Counted from the first letter of the stretch, positions 1 to 13,740 are shown. The stretch: 64,000 nt of DNA from Camelus ferus (GCF_009834535.1 NC_045696.1:79610001-79674000); one strand, 5' to 3'. Made by a program: numbers and translations. Notes: generated by a model not told the origin, from the sequence alone.

Positions 1-199
1 ACACACACAGCACAATCTCCTCTCCCTCTCCCACGTCTCTCCGTGGCATTGCCGGCTGCAGGAGTCTGAATCAAGCTAGATTCATCCACCCGACCCTATC
101 CTGCCCCCTCAGAGGCACGATTGCCTCCCTTGCCACCCTCTCTTCGCAGGGTTTATTGCACAGCATTCCTTCTCAGGCAAGCCCCCTCCTCCGGGCCAG

Positions 200-500
200 A
201 GAAGTGCAGTAGGGGTGGGCTTCGGGGACGCGGATCCAGCGGTGGCAGACGTGATGTTGATGTTGGTCCCTCCCTTTACAAGTTCCGCCCTCCTCCCACC
301 CTCCTCCCGCCGGACCAAGCATCCTTCTCCCGCAGCGCCCGCAGCGCCCGCGGCGGCAGGAGGGGTTAAGGGCCCCGGGCGTCACGTGTGACGTTCACCA
401 AACCACTCTGAGGAGCGTGTGAGTGAACCCGCACGGCCGCTGAGCCATGAGGCCTCGGACGCAATGAGTTTCTCTGTTCTCGGCGTCATTGTGCTCCCCT
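200..500. promoter_or_regulatory. CpG-rich promoter-like segment (gene unidentified)
   Basis: Densest CpG stretch in the window; GC box CCGCCC 285-290; (CCCGCRGCG)x3 at 329-355; E-box/CRE composite CGTCACGTGTGACG 380-393. Confidence 0.7.
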
Positions 501-2110
501 TGCAGGCGTTTTCATCTTGGTGACTGAGAGTGAGGAGTTGGAGGCTACAGCCTTCTACTGTGCCTCTTCAGTTTTTCTTCCCCCTTGATAGACCCCTTGC
601 CACCAAACTCGCCCCTGTTTCCTGTTTCCACCAGCTAGAGGCAGAGTAAGCTCTGAATTGAAGTGTCGGTTGTAGTCTTGAATGTGGGAGCAGTATAAAT
701 GCATCGCCCCTCTGGCCTCTTCCTGCTGGCTGCACCCACATCTGCTGCTGGATAGGTGATCTTTAAAAATTCATCATAGCTAATCAGTGTTGGCTTTTGT
801 AATGGTTGTGACTCACTATACCACATTGTTTACACCTACCCACCTCTTACCAGCTTCTCTGTGTAGGTTTTAAATGCAAGTGAGTTGGGGGACAGGACCC
901 TGCCAACAGAACTATTGAATTAATTGATTGCAACATGTAATGATAATAATAATAAAATTCACAAGTAGGAAATTGCTAGGAAAAATCAGTGACACTTGAT
1001 CTCAAAGTGTTTTTACTCATTTAAGAGCTTGCTTCATATTTCTCATTCACATGTATGCTTTAATCTGTAAAATTCATGTCAAAGAAAGGAACCTTAAAAT
1101 AACCAACACTTAGAATGCAATTGCCCTGAAGTGTCACTCATTAATTAATTAATAATAAGAAAGCTAAAGTTCCAGAATATGCGATCTGATTTCTAAAAAT
1201 AATCTTAAAGATGGCATATCATTCCTTCTATTTAAAAGGAATCCAGTACATTTTCCTGACATTAGTTTTAGAATTTAGTGTATTTTGCCATTTTCTCTCT
1301 CTCTCTCTTTTTTTAAGTAACCTTTAGGTAATGTGTTGAAGACATATTAGATTTCAATATTGCTCCCAGGAAAGTGAAATTTCATTCAACTAAAACATGA
1401 ATCTGATTCTTGGTGACAGGTCTACCATGTCCTGTTTGTCTAAATCCTAAATCCTGTGAAAGGCCTCTGGAATCTGGAGAGTTCTCTGGAATTTCCTAGG
1501 AAAGATGAGAAATAAATATCTATTCCAATATAATTGAAAGTACCTATCTGAATCCTTTCAACGTTCATGGGACTACATAGTTAAGGTAACCTGATTGAGG
1601 ATATCATTGTAACAACTGCAGAACCAAACTTAAAAAAGGAATAAGGATGATCTGATAAAGTTGTCCACTGTGATTTACAGAATGTAAACTTTTGTACACT
1701 CTCTTGTTTCCCAAGGCTGTGGGTGCCATATTCTAAATGCATTTGCTGAGGTTAGTATCAATTCTAAAAGTAATGACTGAACTTCTTTCATTTTTAATAT
1801 TTAGTATTTATAGTATGAGATTAATTTAAAATAACTTCTATTGCATTTTTTTCATTATTCTTTTCACAGCTATACTTTGTCAGCTGGGCACTATTTTCTC
1901 ATTTTTATGTTAGTCTCACAAAAAGCCCAAGTATTTTAACACAATAGAATTGTCACATAAACAGCATTTATAACAATCTGTAAATACAGGCAAATGAACC
2001 AAGTCCTCTTGCCAATTTTTCTCCACTTTCCCAATCAAACCTCCTGAGGGAAATAAACCCATACCATATCATTTGATCCCACAAGCAGTTAAAAGGCAAG
2101 AAATTTTGCT

Positions 2111-2168
2111 TTTCTTCTCCTTCTCCTTCTTCTCCTCTTCTCCTTCTTCTCCTTCTTCTTCTTCTTTT
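2111..2168 (+). repeat. (CTT/CTC)n pyrimidine microsatellite
   Basis: ttcttctccttctccttct...cttcttcttc read directly. Confidence 0.9.
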
Positions 2169-2179
2169 GTTGGTATGAA

Positions 2180-2390
2180 ATTAAGAGATAAGACTCTGGA
2201 ATCTGACTGCCTGGTTTGAATCCTGGATCTGCACTTAATATGTCATTGCCTGGCACATGTTACCTAATCTCCCTAAACCTCAAATTCCACCTCTGCAAAA
2301 TGCAGATAATACTAGTACCTACTTTGGAGGAATGCTGTGAGGATTATCCAAAATAATGTGTGTAAAGCATCTGGCACATGAGTAAGTAAT
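2180..2390 (+). mobile_element. MIR SINE
   Basis: actctggaatctgactgcctggtttgaatcctgg...cctcaaattccacctctgcaaaatg...gtgaggatt...gtaaagca matches MIR head and core. Confidence 0.85.
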
Positions 2391-4269
2391 TTTTCAGGGT
2401 TCACTCTATTTTTAGTATCAATGTTATGTGTTTCCTCTTCTGATTCAAACATCCATATATATATAGTGACATTTGGGCTTAGTGTTAAAAACATCATGAA
2501 ATTTGGTTGTATATATGGTAACTATAACAGGAAAATCATTAGTGATTAGTGAATTCCTAGGCCCTCCCTGCCTTCTCTTTTCCTTATAACGCTGTATCTG
2601 TTTTCTATTACCTAATTTTAGTGTAAGAGATCATATTAAATGTAGATAAGGTAGAAAAGAAAACATTAAACCCACGAATAGGTGATGGAGGCATCAATAA
2701 AATGTAGGAAATTGGATTCAATTTACATCGCAGATTCGTATGTTCTTCCAGGTTGTGACATTAACCATCCTAGAGTTTATGGCCTTTTACCATGTTAGAT
2801 ACTATTTGGAATAAATACTAGAACGCTTTGTAAAGTCAATTACAAATAAAAACCTTATGAAATTTGCCCAAACACATCTGCTCATCTGTAGCTTTAGAAG
2901 GAGATCTTAAAATAACCCATATGTAAAGTATTAGCATTTTCTCAAAATATTGGTTCAAAAGAGCCAATCTATTGGGTGGGAGAAGCGGAAAAATCACCAG
3001 AGGAGTGGTGGAATCAACTTCATAAGTGTACGCACACTACTTAATTGTTGTGATGGTAAAATTTCTTTTCTCAGAAATAAAAATGAAAATATTGGAAAAA
3101 GAATTTAAACTTGAGGGTGAATACCATATTGCATTTTCAGATACCTCAATACAGTAGTATTTAGGCTCAGTTTGCTTTCAGTCCAGAAAGGCATTAAGTG
3201 GGAAGATTTTCCCCCCAGTAATTTTATATATAAAGAAAAATAAATGGCATGTCCTAAACATTTTATCCTTTACTTGGCTAAAGTAAAGAAAAAGCAAGAG
3301 TATTGCGCATCTTTTTGGAAAAGCCCAAAGACTCACAGCAAGAGGTTAGCATGCCTTCTTTTTTTTTTTTTTTTTTTTTTTCCTTTTTCAAGGGGCTTGG
3401 GAAGACAAAGTATTACTAAAATATTATGTTTAGATGAAATTTTACTGCAACCTTTCTCATAAATCGTATGTATTTAATTTAAAATGGGTTAAATATAAAT
3501 AATATACTGACAAACAGTTTATAGGGGTAATGAGAATTCACATTTCAACTCTGAAAGAAAAGATAGAGCCTCAAAATCTGTCAAGTTGTGACATTACAAG
3601 GTAGACCACCTGCTCAGTTTTCCGGCAGTGTTTTATTATAACACAGACAAAATATTATTAATACAGAAAAGACAGATCCAGACTTTTAGAATTACCAGCA
3701 TAGTCTGATAGTGTATAGTACCCATTTGGCCACAGTCCACCTGGTCACCAACTCTAGTGTATCCACAAACCTCCTCTCCATCCCAAACAGTCCACATAGC
3801 ATGGTCAAATCCATCTTTTTATCTAGCCTTTACCAAATTGAACCATTCTTGAAAATGCTGAACCTGAATCTTCTATGAAGTAAAATACAAACATCTTATC
3901 CTGAGATCCAAATCTAGCATACTCTTAATCCTACACATCTTTATTCAGCTTTCTGACCCATTATTTCTCTTTCTAATCTCTACATGTCTTCCAAAAGATA
4001 TAACTTGCTGGTCTCCAAAGACAATTCTAATGATTCCTTCTCTTGTACTATCCAAATCACCATCCCTACCTACTTACAAAAATATTACCTCAAAGATCCT
4101 CTAAGTCAGAAATTATTTTCCCTTATTTACTCTCAATGTAACTAATGTGCACCCCCCATAATGCAACTGCACAGTCTATCTTGTGTTACCATTACATCTG
4201 GATTGCTTGTCTCTCTCAGCATGTTCACAGGATACCAAACGATCTCTCACCCAGGGAACTTTCCAGTCA

Positions 4270-4623
4270 ATATCCCCTCTTCCCAGCCTTTCTTCCACCT
4301 AATGGCTCTATGACCCCCTCCCTTATTCATATGAGGTCTTCACTCAGATGTCACTTTGAAGAGATGTCTTCATTTATTCCACTATCTAAAATAGTATTTT
4401 TGTCCTTATTTATTCTGTCTTCTTAACTTCTTATATTTGCTTCAGAATACTTATTATAACCTGATTATATTGTTTATTATTTGGTTTCTCCTCACCAGAA
4501 GGTAAGTACCATGAAATCAGGTATTTAGTCTGTTTTGTTTACTGCTGTAAGACAAGCACCTAAAAGTATGCCTAACTCATTGTGGTGGTCTGCCAATAGC
4601 TGAATGAACAAATGAAATGAATG
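4270..4623 (+). mobile_element. L2 LINE 3' end
   Basis: ctcagatgtcac...gtaagtaccatgaaatcagg...gtctgttttgtttactgctgt...tgaatgaacaaatgaaatgaatg typical L2 tail. Confidence 0.8.
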
Positions 4624-5124
4624 CAGTCAACTTGATTCACTAACAGCAGTTTTGGGGGCATGATTACAGACTATCTCTGACGTCAGCCAAGAATTGAACA
4701 TAAAAGCATAGGAATGTGTTCAGGTATTCTTGAAAGTTATATATTTTAAATGTATGTCTTACTGAAAATACTTTAAGCCATAATAAAAGGACATAGGTCC
4801 CTGCTTTTTTGAGATAATGTTTAGGATGGGCATTATTAGCCTCAAACGTGTTCACAAAGCAGAGATACCATACTTCCAAAGATCTCTGTTCCTTTGGGAG
4901 CCAAAAATATTTTACTACATATAACTTAGATTTCACATTTGCTCATTTGCCAGAATTTTACTATTTTAAACAGTGTATGTAGGTAAGGTTCTTTTTCTCA
5001 GGTTCTAAAATTATTTTGTTGTTGTTAAAAAATTTGAAATTTATAAAAGCAGTTATAAAAACCTAAAATCGCATTTATAATATACCATGTAGTTGGTTCT
5101 TAAGTAAGTCAAGACTGCTTTATA

Positions 5125-5830
5125 TTATTCAATAAATGAATTCTCACTCACCAATCTTTTGAGTGCCTATCTGTACCTCTTATTTCGTTACTGAAGGATC
5201 AAAAGAGATGAGATGTGGTCCCTTCCCACTTACAGTTCTCTGAGTAGGATCATCCCTAGACAACATGATGCCTTCACACACGATATAAAAGGACTTTCAA
5301 AGGAAGGACATTCCGAGCAGAGGAGCAACATGTGTAAAGGCATGAGCTCACAAGGGTGCAAAATGTGTTACTGCAGGCAAGCAGTTCAGTTTAGCTGGAG
5401 CATGGAAGGCACATAGAGGAGCAGCAAAAAACAAAAACAAACAAACAAAAACTGAGGTTGTATGTAAGCAGGGTCAGATAATGAAAAGACTTGTGTGTCA
5501 GAAAATGAAGTTTGGACCTGACCTTCAGGCAGGGACAGTGGAGGGCATTCAGCAAAGTAGTGTGATCATATATACCTTTTAGAAAAGTCTGTCTGTAGCA
5601 GCATGGGGAATGGATTTGGAAAAAGAGATAAGACCAAAGGCAGGGGAACCAGTTGTGAAATTATTGCAACAGTACCCAAAAGAGGTGAGGTGTCTGCCTT
5701 ACGCAGTAACAACGAAAGAAGAAACTAATTAAAAGCAGTGTGTTACACAAGAAAAACTTGGAAACTGATGAGCATTGGAACATGAGAAAAAATTTAAAAA
5801 ATTTTTTTATTTTTGACCAGGAGCAACTAG
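5125..5830 (-). mobile_element. L2 LINE fragment
   Basis: attcaataaat...gagtgcctatctgtacc; gcagaggagcaacatgtgtaaaggcatgag; antisense L2 motifs. Confidence 0.7.
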
Positions 5831-5864
5831 ATAAATGGTACGGACAATCACATTTTTATGACAG

Positions 5865-5975
5865 AGGAATTTTTAGTATACCTGTCTCGTCGATGGAAAA
5901 ACTAAGACTCAGGGGTAAAGTTACTAGATCTTTGGCCTAACAGTTTAAATTCGAAACTATGTCCCCTGATTTCAA
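5865..5975 (-). mobile_element. MIR fragment
   Basis: gatggaaaaactaagactcagggg..aagttact..ttcgaaactatgtcccctgatttcaaa. Confidence 0.55.
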
Positions 5976-6669
5976 ATTCAATTAACTTACACACTGAATT
6001 ATCCTCCTGAACATAAAAGGAATGAACAGATATGAGGAAATGGCTTTCAAATATAAGTTGGTTCAAGTTTGTATTTAATATGAATTCAGGAAAAAACCAC
6101 TTGAGCTGGAAATCACTGGCAAATGTGTAAAGTTCAGGTGTTCTGTGTTGTCAATTAAAAGAAGTTAGTATATCTGATGTCAAGAATTGCCCAAAACCTC
6201 AATAAGCATAGAGGAGAAAGAGAGACAGAGACAGAGACACAGAGAGAAAGAGAGGCAATCAAAGCTGCAGCTGGAGAAAGGTCAATTGAGGACTGAGTTT
6301 CTAGCGCATCTTATAGAGACAATTTGACTTAAATATGTGGAGGAAAGGATACAGAGTTAATGTCCTGAATAAATTTATCTTCTAAATTGACACTAGTATT
6401 TTTAAGAAATATGAAGAACTGGCTTTTGGTAATGGCTATGTAAGATCTTATTAGATTGACTTTCCTGAAGGTAATATTTATAAACTCTTGGACATAATAC
6501 AAAAAAGCAGTTACATAATGGGACTTTATAGTAAAGAGAAGCAAGCAGATTCTTGTAGGGAATCCACATACAGAGAAGGAAAGTTGTGCAGAATGAGTTC
6601 TCATTTTTGCAGCTGGTAACCTGGAACGAGGAGCAGTCAATGTGGCAGGAAAACCCAAAATATTTAAAG

Positions 6670-7345
6670 ACTAGACAGTAGCTGGGACTCCCATATATTA
6701 CTGATTGTCATGTAAGATGGTGCATACACTTGGGAAAATGGTTTAGGGCTTTCTTATAACAATACAAATAGACATGCTAGGATCTGCAATTCTACTCATG
6801 AGTATTTACCACAAGAGATGAATATACAGTTCTATGCAAAGATTTGTATGCAAAGTTTCTGAGTAACAGGTTTTCATAATGGCCTGACTCTGGAAACATA
6901 TTCATTAAATGTTCATTAACTGGTGAATGGATGAACAAATTGTGTTATATCCATACTTTGGGCTACTACTCAGCAACAAAGGCAACAAAAACAACAACAA
7001 AACAAACCGCAAAACCATTCTGCTAAGTGAAAGAAGTGCAACACAACAGACTGCCGGCTGCACGACTCCACTGACATGAAATTCTAGGATATGCGTAACT
7101 GTAGTAATAGAACGAACATGGGTGGTTGCCTACGACCAGGATTGAGTTGTCAATCAATGGCAAAGGGTCATGAAGGAACTTTTGAGACCAGTGGAACTGG
7201 TCTGTATCTTCATCGTAGTTGTGGTTCTAAACCTGTATACAATTGCCATTGTGTCAGTTTGATGATTAATAGTCATCAAACTCTACGCTTATAATAGATG
7301 AAATGTATTGTATGTAAATTATACCCTAATAGAGCTATGTAAAAA
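6670..7345 (+). mobile_element. old L1 3' end (L1MC/L1ME-like)
   Basis: gatctgcaattctactc..gtatttacc; ggtgaatggatgaacaaattgtg; tgctaagtgaaagaag; tgtattgtatgtaaattataccctaata. Confidence 0.8.
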
Positions 7346-7819
7346 TAAATAGTATGCAGTTGAAAAGCTAATGTGAAGTCTTATGGAAGGTTTTGGAAAT
7401 GAAGCAAAAGAATTTGTACTTAGTGAAATTTTCACTAGGAAAAAAAGTACAAGTTCTTATTTATGAAAAAATAATCCATGCTTTAGAAGGACTAATCTAA
7501 CAGCAGAATGCATGGAAGGCTAGAAGAGGAAGAAATATGGGCTAAGAAATCTGTCCAGGTGATCAGGTCACACTTTACATGGTAGCAATTGGAATGGAAA
7601 GGAAAGGATGCATCTGAAACATTCAAAAGAAAGAAACTAGTTCTTGGGAATATTATTCATTAATTAAAAAATTAAAATACTGCACAAAATGTAAAAACAA
7701 GAAATAAAAGAATTCACTCAAAATACTGTCAGTATTTTTCCATTGGGAGAAATTATACTCTTTGCCTTTTATACCATATAGCTACCATACATAGAATATT
7801 TACTCTATTTCAGTCACTC

Positions 7820-8000
7820 TCACTTATTATCTTTCTTAATCCTCACAACTAAATTATCAGGTGGGTTTACTAACCCCATTTTATAGATGAGGAAACTGAA
7901 GCTCCATGTTCATGTGAATTGTTCAAGATCACACAACTAAAACACACTAAAACTGGATTCAAGCTAAAATCCAGCACAAAGTCCATTCTTTTTAGCCATA
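7820..8000 (-). mobile_element. MIR SINE
   Basis: taatcctcacaac...ccccattttatagatgaggaaactgaagctc...caagatcacacaacta. Confidence 0.85.
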
Positions 8001-8289
8001 GTTTACATTGAAAGAATAAATTATCAGTATCATCACATACTATAATGAAATCAAGGAAAATAAACACTGAGAAAGAGCCACTGAATCTAGCAACCGTTTT
8101 GTGGCAAAAGGTTTGAATAGAAGAAATAGGGGAAGACCAGTGGAGTTAAGAAGACTAATCAGAGAATGGACGGATAGAAAGCTGATATAATTTTGATTAC
8201 TTGATACTTTTCTCAAAATCTTCAATGATATTCCCTCTTTAGAGTAAAAACACAGATTTACTATCAACATCATCCACTCCCCTGAGCAT

Positions 8290-8660
8290 GCAACTGACAG
8301 AGACTTAATTCAAGTCCAATTAAGTAAAAATAAGCAAATTCCTGAAAAGCAAAACTACAGTATACTGGGTTACATAACTGAGAGGTTCAGAGTGCATGAG
8401 CTCTCACATGACTGTATTCAAGACTTAACTGAGGTCATCAGGTTTTTCTCTTTCCCTTTTTTCATCCTTTGGCTTGCTTCAGCTTTTTTGCAGGCAGACT
8501 CTTCATATCTGGGGCAGGATAGGACTTTAGTTTGCTTGAATCACATGCTTTTTTCTGTGACTAGAGATGAAATTAACTTACTATACCAAGTCCGGGTCAC
8601 ACAATCTACCCCTACACCAGGTGAGGGAACCCACCAAGACTTACACATACAATGGAGGCC
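8290..8660. mobile_element. possible degraded MLT1 (ERVL-MaLR) LTR
   Basis: tactgggttacataactgagaggttcagag..ttcagc..caggcagactct..aatcacatgc resembles old MLT1 LTRs. Confidence 0.35.
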
Positions 8661-8959
8661 AATGTAGGAAAGGTCTGGGATGGTTACCAGGACAGGTGAA
8701 AAAGCTTTCTCGGAAGACTTAGATTATAGCCATAATAACAGTTTACCACATGCTGCTCCCAATTTTTTCCCCCATTAGTTCCTTCCCAGTTCCTCCTACC
8801 CAGCAGAAGTGCATAGAAGTAGATATCGCAAAACCACATTTCATGCTTTCCCATCTCTGAGTCTTTGTTCAATTTGTTTATGCTACTTTGAGGCCCTTCT
8901 CTAATTCTTTCTGATGAAATATACATTTTAGAAGCTAAAGCATTGCATATATTAACTGC

Positions 8960-9290
8960 TTAATGAACGTTCATTGGAGGGACTTGTCTAAGTAATTCAT
9001 TAGACATTCAGGAGACAAAAACATACACAGGGCAGAGTCACTACCCTAAGAGCTTTTAATTAGAAGGTTAAAGAAAACATACAAATAACCAAAGTGTGAT
9101 ACAAAATAACACAAGTGAATTAAAAAGAGTAATGGGAATTCAGAGAAGGAAAGGATCAGAGACATCAGAGGGGAGGAGAGAATGGACTTCAGAAAAGATT
9201 TTTGTGAAGAAGAAAGTATTTGGGCTCTTAAAAGTGACTGAAATTCAGCACATTTATTTGTTTTGAATGAATGGATGAACAAATGAGTAA
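8960..9290 (-). mobile_element. L2 fragment
   Basis: ccctaagagcttttaattagaagg...gggaattcagagaaggaaag...gaaaagattttgtgaagaag..ttgggctcttaaaag. Confidence 0.55.
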
Positions 9291-10769
9291 ACTGATGTAA
9301 ATGGAAAAAAAAGCAAATAAAATTTAGATCATCTATAAAGGAAGAGAGATTAGGTTTTTAACTCTAAAAAGTAGTGGAGTCAAGAAAAGTTTTCTTTCCA
9401 TTTTTTTGTTTGTTTGTTTTTTAATTTGGAGAACTGAGCTTGTTTCAAAAAGAGAAATATGAAATGAGATATACTAAACTCTCTAAGAAAAAATTGGGTA
9501 GTTGTAAGATTTAGGTCCAGAAAAGATGAGAAGAATGAGATTCAAAAAAATAAATGGGGTTTTAAAGTCACTCTTTTAAGGAAAAAAAAAATTCTTAAAT
9601 AGATTTAGGAAAAAAACAAACAAGATATGTTATAGGAAAATGCCTTTCTTTCCATGACTGCCATAAATTTAAAATGGCAAAGATTAGTTCAGAATGGATT
9701 TTACTGTTTATAACTGTGTTTTGTTTTAAATATGCTCAATTATAATTTATGGACTACATTAAAGTAACAAAATAGTTTCTCGTACAACATCAAGTGCCTC
9801 TTTCTTAATAATCTACTTCAGCTGAAAGTATAAAAGTGTTCTTCCAGTCATTTATATAAAAATAGAGGTGTTATGTGTCCCTTACAGTATTAGGAAATCA
9901 ATACAAATATTTAATGCAAAGGAAACAAGAGATGATTTTAAGTATCTTAGGATTTGGGTTGGAGATAATTGCCCTCTCACATTTCTTTCTCGTTTTCTGT
10001 TTCAGAGAAATAAAACTACTGTATTTGATACCTAAAATAATAATTACAATTTCTAAATTCATGAACCAGACTGCAAGCTTAAAGTAACAGTTTCATATTT
10101 ATTCTAGTGCTCTCACGATGGCAAATGTATTAGAAGAACTCAGTAATTACGATATAATTATGAAGAGGAAGCTGTAAACCCATATTCCCATATGCTATGA
10201 TTCCTGTTTATTTATGTAGCAGCCACTTAAGAGATGTGACTAAAATATTTTGATCACTGGAAGGTGGCAGATACTTGTCCCAAGGTAACGTGAAGCCTAG
10301 AAGGATCTCCTAATAGAAATTTTCTCCTGTAAAGATCACATACGGAGGGAGGAACCAGGCAAAATGTGACTCTCAAGTTGTTAGACGTGATGAGTAATGT
10401 GTACTGAAAGGTCATTTCATCATTCTGGGCCATACCTCATTTTGGCAGCGGCCAGGGGGTCTCCTTCCTCTTTCAGTTTGTTAGGAATTTCATACATAGC
10501 CCTCTCAGTCTCTGTAAGTTCCTAACAAAATACAACGTATAGAGGGGTAGAGAATGTGGAAACAATGCACCCCCATCAATTATGTTAAGTATTTCTCAGC
10601 TCATCTTCCACTAAACCTCTTCAAGCACCTTGTCTGGTAGCCAGATTCTATGATGTCCATCCCTGCACCCTCTGGTCTTCCTTACTTCACTGTTTTCTCC
10701 TTTCTTCCTTCCTTTCCATGACTCCCTTTCCTTTATCTTTCCCCCAACACTCTTGAGACCAAAACAGTA

Positions 10770-11060
10770 GAGTTCAGCTCAAATATCCCCTCTTCTATGA
10801 AATCATCTCCCTTTTCCCCCAAGATGGAAGTAGCAGTTTTTCTTCTGAACTTCCCTGGCACCTGATCTATAGTATCCTTATTTCAAGTGTCATTATTTGA
10901 CTCATTGTGATTTTTATGCCTTTCTCGTTTACCCAATTTGAAAAATGTTTTATAAAGTTTTTTCTTTCTGAAAATATTTATCAGAGTGCCTGGCCCATGG
11001 GTTATCTTGTACATGTAAATACTTCACAAACATCTGTGAATACAAAAATGAGTGAAAAAT
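10770..11060 (+). mobile_element. L2 3' end
   Basis: cagctcaaatatcccctcttctatgaaatc...agagtgcctggcccat...aaacatctgtgaatacaaaaatgagtgaa. Confidence 0.65.
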
Positions 11061-11079
11061 AAATATGTTAGAAAGAAAA

Positions 11080-12150
11080 ACAATGAAGAGGTTACTGTAG
11101 TCATTCAGTGGTGTTCTCACACTTCAGAGGAGCATGATGGTACACACTAGGGTGGCAGCAGTGGAAATGGATGTAAGTAGAAAACTATGAAAGGTATTCA
11201 GGAGATAGAATTAGCAGGGTATGGAGAAGACAGTGAGGGGGGGGGAGCATTCAAGATTCTTTCCAGATTTCCTGCTTGAGGAAAAGAGCAGCTGATTGTA
11301 GCATTTACTAAGACAGAGATTTCTGAAGAAATAGCAGCTTGGGGAAGAAAAATAATTCTTTTTATTTGTATATGTTGAATTTTAAGTGCCTGCGACATTC
11401 AAGCAGAAAAACCAAGCAGGCATTTGATTATGGATCTGACGTGAGAGGAACGTGGATAGATGTACAGGATCGTCAGTCCACGCATGGTCACTGAAGCTGT
11501 GTCTGTTACTGGGGCGGATGATGAGGGGCAGTCTGAGAACAGGGAGAAGCCAGGACGTAGAATCAAAGAAACAGCAGAATTTTAGGGTTTAGGTTAAAAA
11601 AAAGGATCTGGGAAGACTGAGGAAAAAGTATCAAATACTCGTAAGAAGGACCAGAATGAGAACTGGAAAGTGTCCAGCAGGCACATGGGTGGCCTCAGTG
11701 AAAATTCCTGTGGAACACTCAGAGTAGAAGCCAGACGGCCATGTGTTTACAAGGGAGAGAAGAGGAAATGAAAACAGCAGTGATGCAAAATTCACTCAAG
11801 AAGTTTGACTGTAAAGAGAAAGACAGATAGAAGTAGATTTGTAGCTGAACAGGGAAATTGGGTCAGAGGAGGTGGTAGTTTTTTTCAGTTTTTATTATTT
11901 GGGAGATTAATTGTGAAATATTGATGAAAAGAAGTTAGTAGAGAAGGTCAAATTAATGATAACAGAGAGAAGGAAGATTGATAAGGTTCCTGAGAATGTA
12001 AAAGGGCCTAGAAATTAAAGCTAAGAGAAAGGACACTGCCCTTCTAACAAGGAGATAAACACAGATATAAGTTTACTGGTAGATTTGTTGGGAAGCTGAA
12101 GGAGATTCTGCCTGATAGTTTCTATTTGTTTAGTGACATAAGATTCAAGG
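11080..12150 (-). mobile_element. L2 fragment(s)
   Basis: ggcagcagtggaaatgga...ggagatagaattagcagg...atgttgaattttaagtgcctgcgacattcaagcagaaa...agaagccagac. Confidence 0.75.
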
Positions 12151-12622
12151 CCATCTATAAATTATGTGTGTAAGTGTGTAATATAAAGGGGGTATTGAAG
12201 GTTTGAAATGACCAGTCAATATTTAAAACAGCACACATATACACATATGCTCATGTGTATGTCTGTATATGACCAGAGCCATGCTCTGTTGTGGCTTCAG
12301 GGATAAGGAGTGATAAAAATGATGACCCCTACCCAGGTCTGCTACTGTGGGCAGGGTAAGAGGTAGCTCTGCAAGCTGGACATGGGTCAGACCACCCACT
12401 GGCTTGGAGACGAGATACACGAGATAACACGGTAGCTCCATGTTATAAAAACAAGATCTTACTCTGTACCTGGGATCCAGGGATAGAGAGAGACAATAAA
12501 ATTGCTAGAGAGAGGGGATGGGCATACAGAGAGTGAAATCAACTACTCAAAAAAGGTCACAAATTAGCATTCTAAAGCACAAGTGAAAAATTATTGCTGA
12601 GAAAATCTATTAACAAAAATTA

Positions 12623-12753
12623 GAAGGTGCATATAGCTCAGTGGTAGAATGCATGCTTAGCATGCATGAGGTCCTAGATTTAATCCCCAATAAAAAATAA
12701 TAATTAAAAATTATAACAATTTTAAAAATAATACATTTTTAAAGAAACAAATA
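12623..12753 (+). mobile_element. tRNA-Ala-derived camelid SINE (vic-1 type)
   Basis: tatagctcagtggtagaatgcatgcttagcatgcatgaggtcctagatttaatcccc then A-rich tail; possible TSD aaaaatta. Confidence 0.8.
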
Positions 12754-12769
12754 AAAAATTACACTCCGA

Positions 12770-13740
12770 GACACAAATTCACTCTCAGTGAATTGAAAAT
12801 AACAGAGCCATCTAAAAATCACTTTAAAATATGTATATTTTATATTGTCAGTGAGACAGAGGAAGAAATGATACCCGTAAAAAAATAAAAACTAAGAGTC
12901 AAAAACACACAGATATAATTCAAGAACAGAAAAATATGAAAAATAAGTAGTCTGGGAAGAAAGTTATAATTGCTAAAAATAACTAAAAAATGAAACAGCT
13001 CCAGAATAGATAAATTCAGTAATAGTACTGAGGACTTCACTCAAAACATAGCAGGAAAAGAAGATAGTAAATATTAAATTTTAGAGAAGTTACAGAGCCT
13101 GCTGCTTCTGCTTAGGATGTCGAAATATAGAAAGGCTGTTGCTCCTACATTAAGAACAACAACAACAACAAAAAGCCTGATAAACTGCAAAATCATAGCT
13201 TCTCTTGAACTCATCAAGAAGCTACATTTGCAGGCCTACCAAGTAGCCTCAAGTCCAAGGAAAGACAGGTCCCTGCAAGCAGAGACAGGGCATGAACATA
13301 CCTCACCTGTGGGCTCAAGTGTGAGCAGAGGAAGAGATGAATGCCAGGTGCACAGAAGCACGTAGAAGACTTCAGCTAAAAGGCAATTTTTTTTAGATAA
13401 CAGAATTCCTAGGAGCCAGAGACACAAGGGGAATCCACATCCACTTACAGACTCTTCTCTAAGCACCACCAGTGGGTCCTAATGAGAACGATCACTGGCA
13501 GGACTGGTGACTGGAGAAAACCTCTCTCATCAGTGCAGGCCTGGAGGAAAAGGGTCTTTCCCCAGGAAAAGCAGGAAGCCCCTCCCAGGCCCTAGATCGG
13601 GGGGGGGGGGGCAGGCAAAAGCCTTCAGTCACTGGAGGAAGGGCAGCAAACCATCACCCCCAGAGCACAGCTGAAGAAGACCCACTGCAGCTGGGACATA
13701 ACAGGAAACAAACAAACAGAAAAAGAACCCTCTATTCTAC
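12770..13740 (+). mobile_element. old L1 fragments (ORF1-like A-rich piece, then an L1M-type 5' end from ~13095)
   Basis: ctgcttctgcttaggatgtcgaa..aacaacaac..aaaagcctgataaactgcaaaatc resembles L1M 5' ends. Confidence 0.55.

Noticed and set aside
694..700. TATA-like TATAAAT near the CpG segment
   Set aside because: Common motif; no independent evidence of a TSS 25-30 nt downstream
13599..13611. G13 run as a functional G-quadruplex
   Set aside because: Homopolymer inside a decayed L1 5' region; length is also error-prone
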